Below, piece after piece: positions 36,379 to 49,930 of a DNA stretch of 64,000 bases; the stretch's first letter is position 1; every line of letters begins with the position of its first letter. The DNA is from Squalus acanthias (Eukaryota). Below the pieces are notes generated by a model that saw nothing but the letters and a program-made list of their open reading frames with translations, was not told where the DNA came from and searched no databases. Where the stretch lies: NCBI GenBank assembly GCA_030390025.1, contig CM059432.1, positions 16,184,001 to 16,248,000 on the forward strand. The letters are read 5' to 3'. The translations under genes were made by a program, and so were the position numbers.

Positions 36379-36691
36379 GATACCTCCATTATAATGAACA
36401 ACCCTCTCCCCACCCCCAACACCTCGATTCTTTACTGGTAATGTTTATTTGGTCATTGAGAGCTTCAATCCACCCGCCTCCCCCCCAGGCTGGCCCTCCC
36501 TACCTTTCTGAAACCCTAGTGTTATATATTAAAGAACATACCCTGCAGAAAATATTATGATCTTCAGATCGCCCTGGTGAAGCACCATCTGGGTGAAGCC
36601 ATAAAATATACAATAGTGGTGGCTAGTCAGACCAATTCAAAAAATTCATGTGCCCATTCCTTTAGTGCATATAATTATATCAGGGCTTTTA

Positions 36692-37072
36692 TCATAGAGT
36701 CATAGAATGATACAGCTCAGAAGGAGGCCATTCATACCTGTGCCGGCTCTTTGATAGAGCTCTCCAATTAGTCCTACTCCCCTGCTCTTTCCCCATAGCC
36801 CTGTAATTTTTTTTCCCTTCAAGTATTTATCCGATTCTCTTTTGAAAGTTGCTATTGAATCTGCTTTCAGGCAGTGCATTCTCGGTCACAACAACTCGCT
36901 GCGTAAAAAAAATGTTTCCTCACATCGCCTCTGGTTCTTTTGCCAATCACCTTAAATCTGTGTCCACTGGTTACCGACCCTTCTGCCACTGGGTACAGTT
37001 TCTCCTTATTTACTCCATCAAAACGGTTCATGATTTTGAACGCCTCTATCAAATCTCCTCTTAACCTTCTCT
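36692..37072 (-). mobile_element. CR1 3' fragment
   Basis: IEAFKIM...GHRFKVIGKR; CATAGA(G/A)T tail. Confidence 0.85.
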
Positions 37073-37980
37073 ACCAGGAAAGAAAATTACAATGGTTACC
37101 GATGTAGCGCGCTTGGCCACAATTTCTTTCTCCAGTTCCCTAAGTACCTCTCAGTAGGACACAAAGGATTTTTTCTTAAGTAGTATTTTGTTTCAGACTG
37201 CCACATCCTGGCTCTCTGTCTAGTCACCATATGCTACACCAGTCAACCATTTTGCTTCTCAGGGTTAAACAACAGATTTCCTTTCTGCTCTGGATCAGGA
37301 AGCCAGACACTTTAGAAACAACACCCAGAGACCCAGCTGAACTCTGAGTGGAGGACTGGGATTGCACTAGGCTCTTGGACCTATATTGGGAGTGTGTGAG
37401 GGAGAGGGGGAGGTTAGAGCAGTTTTGTGGCATATCCAAAAATGTGACAAGACTGCATCGAAAGAAAAAAACATAACTCAATTACAAACCAAAGCCATGT
37501 GTGTTTGTGATTCACTTAGGGTCGGACTGAACTTGAAAAGTCATCCAAGAAGCCATCTAACAAACCGGGTTAAAAATATTTGCCTTGAAAATATTGTTGG
37601 TGATATTAGCAGATGATAGGTTAAATGGACTAATGCCTCACAGCAGCAGAAAAATATTCTATGAATGCTAGTACCTGCCAACAATCATTTCTAGGCTATT
37701 GTGTCATCTTTTAGCAATTGCTGTTGGTGCACTATTGGGGGTGGGGGGTGGGATGGGAGGTGTTAGTGAAGGTTTTTGGGAGGGTGGTCATCAGTGCTTG
37801 ATATTACTGTTTGATAAGCACATGCAAATCAAGCGAGCTCCCGCCCCACTGGTTACAGGAGCAGCCGCACTGAGTAAGCAGCTGAGCAGCACTTAGACAG
37901 CTTAACCAGGCATTTCAAACCTCTGAACTCGCATTTCAACATTACTGACAAATGGAGACTTTCCCAGTGAGAACTACTCA

Positions 37981-38438
37981 GCCAGTGGCTCAGTGGGCAG
38001 CACCCTCGCCTCTGAGTCACTGAAGGTTGTGGGTTCAAATCCCACTCCCGAGACTTGAGCACAAAAATCTAGGCTGACACTCCCAGTGCACTGCTGAGGG
38101 AGCCCTGCACTGTTGGCGGTGCCGTCTTTCGGACGAGACGTTAAACTGAGGGCCCCGTCTTCTTTCTCTCTCAGGTGGAGGTAAAAGATTCTATGGTACT
38201 GTCTCGAAGAGGAGCAGGGGAGTTCTCCCCAGTATCCTGGCCAATTGTTTCTCTCAATCAACATCACAAAAACAGATTATCTGGTCATTATCACACTGCT
38301 GTTTGTGGGAGCTTGCTGTGCATAAATTGGCTGCCACGTTTCCTACAGTGACTCCACTTCAAAAGTACTTCGTTGGCCGTAAAGCACTGGGACATCCTGA
38401 GGCCGTGGAAGGTGCTATATAAATGCAAGTCTTTCTTT
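37981..38438 (+). mobile_element. full-length tRNA-derived Deu-type SINE (SacSINE1-like)
   Basis: A box TGGCTCAGTGG, B box GGTTCAAATCC, central CTGAGGGAG..CTGCACTGT..GTGCCGTCTTTCGG, tail ATAAATGCAAGTCTTTC. Confidence 0.85.
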
Positions 38439-39239
38439 TACTCGCTTTGATGATACAGCACTGGAACTCCAGATATAAGGTAGTGCAAGAATGGATAGAA
38501 GGACAGCCTCTTCAAAAGTGTCTGATTAACATGGCATCAGATAGGAGACAGAATTAATGCTGCCTGAACGACCCCGGGAACATTAATAGAGGTCACACTG
38601 ACTTGAAGAAAGCTGCTAAAGTAAGACTGCGTAACAACTTTGTATGCCAAGTACCTGCCCTAAGATGCATCTCTCGACTATTCCTCTGCTTGGAGGACAA
38701 GATGGCACAAAATAAAAGGGAGAAAAGCAAGTCTGCAGCGGGTTCCATGACAAGCTCTTGATCCCATTTGAGGAGGCTGCCATGTGCATTCGTGGAAGGT
38801 AAAACTGTACATGACCAGAAAAGACAATTTCAGTCCATTTGACTTGTCCCAGAGTTTGAAATTAGGCTACAAAGTTCACTTCCTATATCACTCAGTCTTC
38901 ACCCTCCTAAAATTACTGATGTTATCAGCCTTAATCGCCACCCTGGGACAGTCCATTCCAAACATTCACCACCCTCTGTGTGAAATAGTTATATCTAATC
39001 TGAACATTCACCTTCCCTCTTCTGAGCTGCATCTGATGCCCTTTCTTTGTTGTTCTCAGGGCCACAGTAAAGAGTATTTCAGGCCCATCTCAGTGTAAAC
39101 GAACACCTTCTGCAGTCTCTTCTTGTAGCTCAGGTTCTGATGCCAGGTCCATGATGTCCTACCTGGATACGCATCAAGCACAGCAATCTTTGTCCTGCCC
39201 TGGCTTTAATTCCAAAATGATCTCTTTCTCTTTATGTTT

Positions 39240-40005
39240 AGATGTCAGAAAAATATCTGGAAACAGAAAATATAATACAGTAGTCAACTTGGATTTCAAA
39301 AGGGAAGCTCATGCTTGATGAAACTTTATTCTTTGAAGAAGTACAGAAAGAGTAGATAAGAGTAATGCAGTAGATGTAATTTATTTGGATTTTCAAAAGG
39401 CCTTTGATAAGGTACCACATTCTTCTCTTCTTAGGCAGTCCTCGGAACCGAGGATGACTTGCTTCCACACTAAAAATGAGTTCTCAGGTGACTGATGAGT
39501 CCAATGCGGGACCTACAGTCTCTGTCACAGGTGGGGCAGATGGTGGTTGAATGGGCAGGTGGGTGGGATGCTTGGATTGACGTGCGCTCCTTCCGCTGTT
39601 TGCGCTTGGCTTCCGCTTGCTCCCGGCGAAGAGACTCGAGGTGTTCGGTGCCTTCCCGGATGCTTCTCCTCCACTTTGTGCGGCCTTGGGCCAGGGATTC
39701 TCAGGTGTCGGTGGGGATGTTGCCCTTTTTCAAGGAGGCTTTGAGGGTGTCCTTGAAGCATTTCCTCTCCCACCTGGGGCTCTCTTGCCGTGTCGGAGCT
39801 CCGAGTAGAGCGCTTGTTTTGGGAGTCTCGTATCGGGCATGCGGACGATGTGGCCCGTCCATCGGAGCTGATTGCTCAGGCCAACATCCCCAGCATCGAA
39901 GCTTTGACCACGCTCGATCAGCTCCGAAGGTACCACATAGTAGACTCGTGACTAAAGTTAGAGCGTGTGGAGTCAGGGGACAAGAAGCAGAATGGATAGC
40001 AATCT
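39240..40005 (+). mobile_element. old CR1 RT fragment interrupted by an RTE
   Basis: DVIYLDFQKAFDKVPH continues after the insertion as SRLVTKVRACG. Confidence 0.8.
39421..39926 (-). mobile_element. RTE LINE 3' fragment with 5' inversion
   Basis: 12-bp TSD AAGGTACCACAT (39409-39420, 39927-39938); 39873-39926 is inverted. Confidence 0.92.
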
Positions 40006-41148
40006 GACATCCCTGCCAAACCTTGTCTGCTTCTGGCCATTGACCTCTAAATCAAGTGACAGGGAAGGACAGGAAACAATCCTCGTCGCTGTGAACTAAT
40101 GAGTGGTCAAACTGGCCGACACTGCTGCCGTTTGGCTAATAATTCCCAAGATAAGAGAACCTGCATCGCACGTGACATTGCCGGCTCCACTCTGTGCCTA
40201 AAAGTCCAGGGTATTCGATAATGTAAAAAGAGTCTGTTGTTATCTATGATGATATCAATCATGATATTGCCAGTCGACGTCCTATGGATGTGTCACATTT
40301 GACGGTTGAGCCCAAAACAAATATTATTTGAACTTTATATACTATATGAGCTTTATAAGTTGTAATACACAGCATAAACACGATCAATTGAGCAGCCAGC
40401 TCTCCCTCCCACTGATTTCAATGGGTAATAGTCTCCAGCGAATGATTTCATCAGCTGGCCATTTACCGCAAGCCGATGGAATTCCATTAATGAAATTAAT
40501 TTATGTCTGGAGTTAAAACAGAACAAGCACTGACAGGACATTAATTAAGCAGTCACCCCTTCAGGTGACCTCATAGTGCTCAATGAGCCAAATGGCCTCC
40601 TTCTGTGCTGTACTATTCTATGAATATGCAATAATTCACTCGCCATCTATTGCTTCCGTGATTGTAGTCCTCTTAATCGTTTTAGTTACTCTTGAACATA
40701 ATAGATAGCGACAATAGCTATCAGGCTTGGTCCAAAATTATATAATGCTGTCTTTAATAAAGTTACATTTAAGGTTGCATCCAATTGGAGAGGGCAGGCA
40801 ATAGAAGGCCAGAGGAAACGAGGTACTTCAGAGAACTAGCTACAATACAGAGGCTAGCACACAGGAACAGGTCTGTGACGCACCAGCAAAGCAGCTGGCA
40901 GGTGTGACTGAACCAGTCCCCAGTGATGGAGGTCGCTCACTAACGTAGTGTTTATAGAAGATAGGTTTCAATTTAACCTCCATTTGTCAAAGATGCCCTC
41001 AACTGTGATAGCATGCAGTCAGTATTTGTTTTATTATATCTGTGGAATTAAATTTACTCTGTAAATGGATCCTTTTCCACAAGTTTTGTACAGATGATAT
41101 CTTGTGTGCATTCTCCCTCAGCTGCAATTTGTGACTTCCAGACTTAAT

Positions 41149-42709
41149 GGCCCCGATAATGAGAGGGGAGGGGTTTCTGAGCTGGGGGGTGGAGGAGTTT
41201 CGTTATAGAAACCCGGAAGTCTGGGTTTCCCTGTATGCTGTGGAGTTTTACATCGGATTACATAGGATTACACAGGATATACGGCACAGAAACAGGCCAT
41301 TCGGCCCAACCAGTCCATGCCGCCGTTTATGCTCCACTCGAGCCTCCTCCCGTCTTTCCTCTTCTAACTCTATCAGCATAACCCTCTATTCCCTTCTCCC
41401 TCATATGCTTATCTAACTTCCCCTTAAATCCATCTGTACTATTTGCCGTAACTACTCCCTGTGGTAGCGAGTTCCACATTCTCACCACTCCCTGGGTAAA
41501 GAAGTTTCTTCTGAATTCCCTATTTGATTTTTGGTGACTATCTTATATTGGTGGCCTCTAGTTTTGCTCTTCCCCACAAGTGGAAACAGTCTCTCTGTAT
41601 CCACTCTATCAAAACCTTTCATAATTTTAAAGACCTCTATTAGGTCACCACTCAGCCTTTTTTTTTCAAGCGATAAGAGACCCACCCTGTTCATCCTTTC
41701 CTGATAGGTATACCCTCGCATTTAAGAACATAAGAAATAGGAGCAGGAGTAGGCCATTTGGCCCTTCGAGCCTGCTCCGCCATTCAATAAGATCATGGCT
41801 GATCTTCTACCTCATCTCCACTTTCCTGAACTATCCCCATATCCTTTGATTCCCTTAATATTCAAAAATCTATCGATCCCTGTCTGAATATACTCAACGA
41901 CTGAGCCTCCACAGCCCTCTGGGGTAGAGAATTCCAAAGATTCACCACCCTCTGAGTGAAGAAATTTCTCCTCATCTCAGTCATAAATGCTCAACCACTT
42001 AATCTGAGACTGTGACCCCTGGTTCTAGACTCCCCAGCCGGGGGAAACATCCTCCCTGCATCTACCCTATTTCTAGTATCATCCTTGTAAATCTTCTCTG
42101 CACCCTCTCCAGTGCCTCTATATCCTTTTTATAATATGGCGACCAGAATTGTACGCAGTGACTCCACGGCGTGGGACTTTTTTTTCCGACAGGATCCCCG
42201 CCAGGAAGTCAGCCTGATTGACAGCCTTGGCTCCCAGTCGTGCATCCAGGGAGCGCTGCACGAGCAGGCCGCAGGAGCAGGTAGGAAGCCTGCAGTTGCT
42301 AGCGGGAGCGTGGGGTGGGGTCCGATGGCAGGGAAGCAGGTAGCCTGGGGTGGGGGGAAGCTCTCCTGCTCCTTCTGGCCCACAAGCAGTGCTGTAAGGG
42401 CACTTAGCCTTTCCCCGCAGCTGTCCTCGCCTCCCTTGAGCTGCCGGGTTTCCCAAGGCCCGGGAAACCCGGCCAGCCAGGGTTAAACCTGTAATGCAGG
42501 TTAAATGTGAGGCACGCAGCCTCATTATAATAGTTAAATGGGCATCTCGCCTCCTGGGAGCGGGTTGGCTGCCCGCCCTCTGTCCCGCCTCCGTAAAACC
42601 CGGAAGTGGGCGGGTTGGAGGTGGGCATTGGGGTCGGGTTTGAGATTTTAAAAATGTTTACAACTCACCCGACCCCAACACACCCGTTTGTGGGGGTTAA
42701 AATTACCTT
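41149..42709. mobile_element. non-autonomous DNA transposon (family of 33916) containing nested CR1s
   Basis: AAT on both flanks; ends GGCCCCGATA and GGTTAAAATTACC; 42350-42700 homologous to the reverse complement of 33920-34270. Confidence 0.6.
41250..42156 (-). mobile_element. CR1 3' fragment with a second CR1 nested at 41724-42068
   Basis: Two distinct tails (TTACATAGGA, ATAAGAAC); host resumes at 42069 after an ATTT duplication. Confidence 0.88.
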
Positions 42710-42759
42710 AATAGTTCTGGTTCTATCACCTGCTGATGATGGTACTTATGGAAAACTAT

Positions 42760-43801
42760 GGCCTAGAAATTCGGCCACACGCCGCCTTTTCTTTCGTTAT
42801 GAGCCAGAAGGGCACCACCCGCCATATTGGTAAAGGCCAAAAAATCTGCATACAATGCCCACGCATATGCAAATAAGGGGCCTAACGCCTGTTCGAGGCC
42901 CACACTGCAAGATTGGTCTGCCCTGGAAAACCAGGCCTACATGCGGCCTAACAGGCAGTCCTTAAAGGGACTGTTAGGCCACAATCAACAAATTAAGTTT
43001 TTAAAATGTAGTTAGCTGAATGTGAAGCTGGAGTGTTCCTCGCAATCCTCACATTAAAAGAATGCGGGCTGGCACCCAAACACCCCCCCCCCCCCCCACT
43101 ACCCCCTAGCTACCAATCACCCACCACCAGATCCAATTCCCCACCCCCTCCCCCCCTCCCCAGCTTCCAATCCCCCACCCCCAGATCCAATTCCCCACCC
43201 CCGACCCTCCTCCCCAGCTTCCAATCCCCCCACCCCCAGATCCAATTCCCCACCCCCGACCCTCCTCCCCAGCTTCCAATCCCCCACCCCCAGATCCAAT
43301 TCCCCACCCCCGACCCTCCTCCCCAGCTTCCAATCCCCCACCCCCAGATCCAAGCCCCCACCCCCAAGCCACCAATCAACCCTCCACCCTAGCTTCCAAT
43401 TCCCCACCCCCGTATTCAATCCCCCACAAGCACCAATCGAACTCCCCCCCCCCCACCCCACTGATTGACCACACCCCCCCCCCCCCCCCCCCCCACTCCA
43501 CCCCTGTCTACAGGTTTCCCCCCCCAGCCACCAATCAATCCCACTAGGTGACTGATCACCCTCCCTGGTCACCGACCGACCGACACCCCCCCCGCCCCCA
43601 ACATTTACCTGAAGGCTGCAGCTAGCGTCACAGCGGCCTGAACTTCAAAGACGCCTCACTGAGCGAGCTGCCTCTTGCTCTCCGCAGCTCGCCCACTGCA
43701 TGGAGACGAGGCCCGAGGCCCAGTATCAGGGGCACCTCGGGACTCAATGTTCAGGCGCAGGAATCGAGCCCTGCACCCCCGCAGGCCCAAATTTCTAGGC
43801 C
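42760..43801. mobile_element. MITE-like DNA transposon (PIF/Harbinger-like)
   Basis: Perfect 12-bp TIR GGCCTAGAAATT, 3-bp TSD TAT. Confidence 0.85.
43105..43430. repeat. ~54-bp C-rich minisatellite inside the MITE, 5-6 copies
   Basis: CAGATCCAA recurs at ~43128, 43182, 43237, 43291 and 43345. Confidence 0.9.
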
Positions 43802-44315
43802 TATTACTTGATTATGTCAGCTAGTGAAAGGCCATGGCTGTTCAGTCAATCATGTTCAATGTTTCGACTTACGAATAATATACATTTCAACTCTTTGCTT
43901 TGGCTCGGCAGTCAAACAGGGCAGGCCTATCGTACAATAACATGTCTTTCATCATTATTATCATTGTTATTGTCACAGATTAACTTACAGGAGGCTCTGG
44001 AATAGGTCTCATTCTGCAATGTCAACATGGACACCTGCCAGTATAAACTGGCAGCAGACTTACAGCCCGAATTCCTGCAGGTTGGCAGTTGCAGACCTCT
44101 TCCTCCCATTCCCTGTTTCCCATAATCCCACCCGCCAATTGTCTTCTACTATACCACTCCCCACCACAGGATATTGTAAAATAAAATTTCTTTTTTAAAT
44201 GTCTGGGTATGCATGTTGATTCAGCACATGACATCTAATATGTGCTGTATGTGAATGTGTGCCTGTTTGAAAACAGGAAGTGCTGCTCTGGGCTTCTGTT
44301 CTCCAGCACCCTGCC

Positions 44316-44782
44316 CCGCTGTGGCTCTGTGGGTAGCACCCTCACCTCGGAGTCAGAATGATTGTGGGTTCAAGTCCCACTCCAGGGACTTGAGCACATA
44401 AAGCTAGGCTGACACTCCAGTGCAGCGCTGAGGGAGTGCTGCACTGTCGGAGGTGCCGTCTTTCGGATAAGATGTTAAACCGAGGCCCCTTCTGATCTCT
44501 CAGGTGGACGTAAAAGATCCCGTCGCACTATTTTGAAGAAGAGCAGGGGGAGTTATCCCCAGTGTCCTGACCAATATTTATCCCCCAATCAACATAACAA
44601 AAAACAGATGATCTGGTCATTATCTCATTGCTGTTTGTGGGAGCTTGCTGTGTATAAATTGGCTGCTGCGTTTCCCACGTTACAACAGTGACTACACTCC
44701 AAAAGTACTTCATTGGCTGTAAAGCGCTTTGAGACGTCCAGTGGTCGTGAAAGGCGCTATATAAATGTAAGTCTTTCTTTCT
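44316..44782 (+). mobile_element. full-length Deu-type SINE
   Basis: A/B boxes (GGTTCAAGTCC) and the same body as 37981. Confidence 0.88.
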
Positions 44783-44942
44783 CACCCCACCAAAAGAACT
44801 TCTTCCACCTTCTACTCACACTCTCCGCTCTCCCAAAGTGTTGTTCCAAACTTCTCTTCCCACCCTCACTTTTCTACGCATTACTCCATTAAGGTAATTG
44901 CTCTTACCTTCTACTCTTTTTCCCTCACAAAACAATGCTCCT

Positions 44943-45496
44943 ATAGAATCATAAAATCTAGAATGGTTACAGCACAGAAGGAGGCCATTCGGCCCGTCGA
45001 GCCCATGCCGGCTCTCTGCAAGAGCACTTCAGCTAGTCCCACTCCCCCGCCCTTTCCCCGTAGCCCTGCAAAATTTTTTTCCTTCAGTTACTTATCCAAT
45101 TCCCTTTTGAAAGCTGCAATTGAGTCTGCCTCCACCACCCTTTCAGGCAGTGCATTCCAGATCCTAACCACTCGCTGCGTAAAATAGTTTTTCCTCATGT
45201 CGCCTTTGGTTCTTCTGCCAATCACCTTGAATCTGTGCCCTCTGGTTCTCGACCCTTCCGCCAATGGGAACAGTTTCTCTCTATCTACTCTGTCTAGACC
45301 CTTCATGATTTTGAACACCTCTATCAAATCTCCTCTCAACCTTCTCTGCTCTAAGGAGGACAACTCCAGCTTCTCCAGTCTGTCAACGTAACTGAAGTCC
45401 CTCATCTCTGGAACCATTCTCGTAAATCTTTTTTGCACACTCTCTAAGACCTTCACATCCTTCCTAAAGCACGGTGCCCAGAATTGGACACAATAC
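44943..45496 (-). mobile_element. CR1 3' fragment
   Basis: LESVQKRFTRMVP...FTQRVVRIWNALP; CTCCTA at both flanks. Confidence 0.9.
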
Positions 45497-46061
45497 TCCT
45501 ACACTTTCTTCCCCTGAACCACGAGTCCCAGCTTCTACCTTCTCCTTTCTCCCTCCTCAAAGCATCAGTCCCCCTGCACAAAAGCACTGCTCTCTCTTTC
45601 TGCCCATTCTCTGTGCCCCCCACACGACTGTGGGAGCGCTCCCCCTTCCCCAAACCCCGCTGTTGAGATCCTACCTCCTACTGCTCCTGTTCTATTGCTG
45701 TACATTGTGGGCAGGAATTCCTGATCTCACAAGTATTCCCATCCTCGGTGTACCGTGCATTCAATCACAGCAGGAGTGCCAGAAGGTAGGAGCTCGATAG
45801 CAGTACTTGGGGGAGGGGCCCTAATCCGCACTGATTTTGAAAAAATGAATAATGACAAACGCACAGTGCCTCAGAACGCTGGTGTCCGTATCAAATATGG
45901 ATGGTCGGCATGTATGGTTTCCACTTCCTTCAGTTTTTATGCCACAAGGTCATTTTAGGGAACAGCTCAGAAATCGCTTTTCTACGCATTGCTCCATTAA
46001 AGTAATTGGAACCATGTGTTGCCACAGACACATACTTTAGCAATGAGAAGCAGCTACAGCG

Positions 46062-46334
46062 AGGGGTTGCCAACCCTCCAGGATTGCCCTGGAGTCTCCA
46101 GGAATGAAAGACTAATCTCCTGGACACTGCTGCGAGCAAACTCCGGGAGAGAAATCATAGGAGCGTTAAAAGAAATGGGCGTTGTTTTCATTTTCTTTCA
46201 ATGCTTGTTTATTAGTTGTAAATATATTGTAGTTAGGAAAAAAGGCTGTTTGACCAGGGAGGCAAGGCGGTTGGATACGGGAGGTCATGTGATGAAGCCT
46301 CTAGGAATACGTCCAACCAGAGTTGGCAACCCTA
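46062..46334. mobile_element. small MITE with GGGTTGCCAAC TIRs (hAT-like, superfamily uncertain)
   Basis: GGGTTGCCAACCCT ... AGAGTTGGCAACCCTA; TSD not convincing. Confidence 0.7.
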
Positions 46335-46413
46335 GCTTCACAAGTAGCAGGAGAGGCAGCTAAAGTGTTTCCAAATTGTTGTCTTTGTCAGGGTGCAGGT
46401 TATCACTGACTAT

Positions 46414-47496
46414 GGGGTCGATTTTAACCTGGAGCGGTTTTTGAGTGGGTGGGAGGCAGGGCAAGTGGAAAATGCACTCACTGGCCTAAATTTAAGGCCC
46501 AGTCTATTTTAACTCCCAGGCCTCAATGGCTGGAATTTTGACATTTAGACCCGCCGGGAGTGGTCCCAGTAGAGCTGTGCAGCAGGTTCCCCATCCGGAA
46601 GTCAGCCTAATTGACAGTCTGGCTTCCAGTCAGGCGGGGAACGTTGGGCAAGAGGCCGCAGCCTCAGGTTGGTGCGAGCCCCAAGGGGGGGGGTCCAACC
46701 ACGCTGGGGGAGGGGGGGAATCGGATCCCTGACTAGGGCGGGGGGGGTTTGCGATCACTGACCGGGGGAGGTTTGATGCGGGAGTGGAGTGCGATCATCG
46801 ACCGGCAGGGGAGGGGGAGGGAGGGGGGAGTCCAATCCGGTGGGGCTGGGGGAAGGGTCCGATCACAGGTTGGGGGGGGTGGGGGGTGCTGACGGTGGGG
46901 GAGCTTGGGAGGCCAGGAGGAAGCACTCCTATTCCTCAAGGACCACAAGGTTAAATTCGAGGCTTCCATCCTCGTTATAATATTTAAAGTGCCAAGCCGT
47001 CTCCTGGGACCGGGTTGGATGCCCACCCCCCCCCCGTCCCGCCTCCATTAAAACCAGAAGTGGGCAGGTTGGAGGCGGGTCGGGATTCACATTTTTAACA
47101 CCTTAACCTCCTACCCAACCCCAACTCACCCGTTTTTTTGGAGTTAAAAGTTCCCCCCAATGTTGACAGTCCACTTTCTGCCGGTAATGGGCGTGAGGAG
47201 GGCACAGAGCGGCTGCTGGTAGGCGTAGATCGGTAGCCCCTGGTCTTTCCGGTCTTCAGACCAGCGGCAGACCTGATTCTGCCTGGAGGGAGAGCTGTGG
47301 TGTCTTCCCCATTCAGGCCCCAGTTTGTATAAAGTTATGTGGCTCCCATTGGCTTTAGGCGGGCAGACCATCCGGCTGCAAAGCCCAGCAGGCTAACATC
47401 ACAAACGGTCGGGATCTGAGCGGGTAAGTAACCTGCTCATTTTTAACTGGCCACCCTCCCAGTTTCGGCTGGGCGGGTAGGGTCAAAATCACCCCC
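46414..47496. mobile_element. non-autonomous DNA transposon, possibly composite (extra internal end at ~47158)
   Basis: GGGGTCGATTTTAACC / GGTCAAAATCACCCCC (13 of 16 inverted match), TAT on both flanks. Confidence 0.7.
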
Positions 47497-47671
47497 TATA
47501 TGTGTGTATTCATGCTCGCACCATCATCGCATGCCACAGCTAGAAAGGAAGGGCTCCTGTTCAATCAACATCCAAAATTGTATGCGATCTCCATAACAAA
47601 ATGGTGTCCCACAAAGCGTTGTTCCCAAGAGTATGCATGATATTTTAATTCTGTAAGCCCTCCCCTCCCTA

Positions 47672-48866
47672 CTTCATTACAGCGTTGGTCCAAACATGGA
47701 CAAAGGAGCTGAATTCCAGAGGTGAGGCGAGAGTGACTGCCCTTGACATCAAGGCAGCATTTGACCAAGTGTGGCATCAAGGAGCCCTAGTAAAACTGAA
47801 GTCAATGGGAATCGGGGGAAAACTCTCCACTGGCTGGAGTCATACCTAGCACAAAGGGAGATGGTCGTGGTGGTTGAAGGTCAATCATCACAGCCCCAGG
47901 ACATCACTGCAGGAGTTCCTCAGGGCAGTGTCCTAGGCCCAACCATCTTCAGCTGCTTCATCAATGACCTTCCCTCCCACATAAGGTCAGAAATGGGGAT
48001 GTTCGCTGATGACTGCACAGTGTTCAGCGCCATTCACAACTCCTCAGATAATGAAGCAGTCCATGCCCGCATGCAACAAGACCTGGACGACGTTCAGGCT
48101 TGGGCTGATAAGTGGCAGTTAACATTCGCACCACAGAAGTGCCAGGCAATGACTATCTCCAATAAGCAAGAGTCTAACCACCTCCCCTTGACATTCAATA
48201 GCATTACCATCGCCAAATCCCCCACCATCAACATCCTGGGGGTCACAATTGACCAGAAACTTAACTGGACCAACCACATAAATACTGTAGCAACAAGAGC
48301 AGGTCAGAGGCTAGGTATTCAGCGGTGAGTGTTTCGCCTCCTGACTCCCTAAAGCCTTTCCACCATCTACAAGGCACAAGTAAGAAGTGTGATGGAATAC
48401 CCTCCACTTGCCTGGATGAGTGCAGCTCCAACAACACGCAAGAAGCTCGACACCATCCAGGACAAAGCAGCCCGCTTGATTGGCACCCCATCTACCACCT
48501 TAAACATTCACTCTCTCCACCACCGGCGACCGTGGCTGCTTTATGTACCATCTATAAGATGCACTGCAGCAACTCACCAAGGCTTCTTCGGCAGCACCTC
48601 CAAAACCCGTGACCTCTTCCACCTAGAAGGACAAGGGCAGCAGGCGCATGGGAACACCACCACCGCCAAGTTCCCCTCCAAGTCACACACCATCCTGACT
48701 TAGAAGTATATCGCCGATCCTTCATCGTCGCTGGGTCAAAATCCTAGAACTCTCTACCTAACAGCACTGTGGGAGTACCTTCACCACACGGACTGCAGCG
48801 GTTCAGGAAGGCAGCTCACCACCACCTTCTCAAGGGCAATTAGGGATGGGCAATAAATGCTGGCCA
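47672..48866 (+). mobile_element. LINE family B RT fragment
   Basis: LDIKAAFDQVWH, GVPQGSVLGP, MFADD, ILGVTID. Confidence 0.9.
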
Positions 48867-48894
48867 AACACTGATGCAATTTCACACCAGCACA

Positions 48895-49270
48895 CAGCAG
48901 GAAACTGGAAACAGAAGGAGAGGTCAGAGAAAGACAGCGAGCAGAGATAGGACAGAGGGAGAACAGGGAGAAGAGAGAGTGCAAGTGAGACCTGGAGCAG
49001 AAAGAAGGCTGGGGAGGGAGTGAGACTAGAAACTGGAAAAGGGTAAGTGGTGAACAAGGAGCAGAGCGAGAGAGGGAACAAGGGGAGGCTGGGAGCACGC
49101 AGGGGATCAGAGGACAGATGGAGGGCAGGAAAAGAACAGGGAACAGAGGGAGAGAGGGGACCAGGGGAGCCTGGGAGCACAGAGGGGATCAGAGAACAGA
49201 GGGAGGGCAGGGGAAGAACAAGGAGCAGAGAGAGGCCAGGAGAGATCGGGAGCTAGAAAGGAGAGAACCT
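48895..49270. repeat. purine-rich (GA) low-complexity tract
   Basis: Strong A/G strand bias. Confidence 0.7.
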
Positions 49271-49399
49271 AGGGGCCGGTTTTGTGGCGAGCAGTGCCAT
49301 GGCTAGCACTAGTCGCATCTACCAGGCAAAGAGTGGGCGTTACAGTAGAATGTGAGGTCAACTGATTCAAATAAATTCTGTGGGCTCCCATTGCTTAGC

Positions 49400-49582
49400 A
49401 CATGACTGAGATCACATTACAGAGGGCTATGGCTCCTTAAAGGTGAAGTGACTCTCGAACACTTTCTAGATTCCCATGTGAAGAAATGTTATTTAGGAGA
49501 GGTAGCAAAGGACGGCCAGCACTTGTGCAACTGTATCCCAGCATGAGTCAGCACCTTCAGAAAAGGAGGGGGAGAAGACTGG
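49400..49582 (+). mobile_element. LF-SINE-like 3' half
   Basis: AACTGTATCCCAGCATGAGTCAGCACCTTCAGAAAAGGAGGGGGAGAA resembles the LF-SINE 3' end as I recall it. Confidence 0.6.
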
Positions 49583-49930
49583 AAGCGGGGAACTAAATGA
49601 CTACATTTTTACGCTCTGCTAAGTTTTTCCCGTGAGGTCAGAATTTTTAAATAAACTTGAAACCAGGTGGCTGCATTCGCAGGACAACATGGCAGGGACG
49701 CTTTTAAGGTTCCTACTTCCTATATTTTCTTTATTGGTCAAAGGCACAAGACTACTCATATCTCATTTCTATTGGGGACTTTTTAAACGTGTCTCTAGGG
49801 GTATTCCAACCTCCTGGTAAGTTCCTATTCCTGTTTCTTTCTACAAGTCTTGAGTATTCTACAACTTTGAAGAGCAAGATTGGGAAATAGTTCACGCAGC
49901 AGTTGCACCACAGACATTTGGGTTTTACTT

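Noticed and set aside
37981..38055. tRNA gene
   Set aside because: The A/B boxes belong to a SINE head that continues into the SINE body; the same applies at 44316, 51600 and 60440.
43033..43572. Pro-rich and Gly/Trp-rich ORFs
   Set aside because: Translations of the 54-bp minisatellite inside a MITE.
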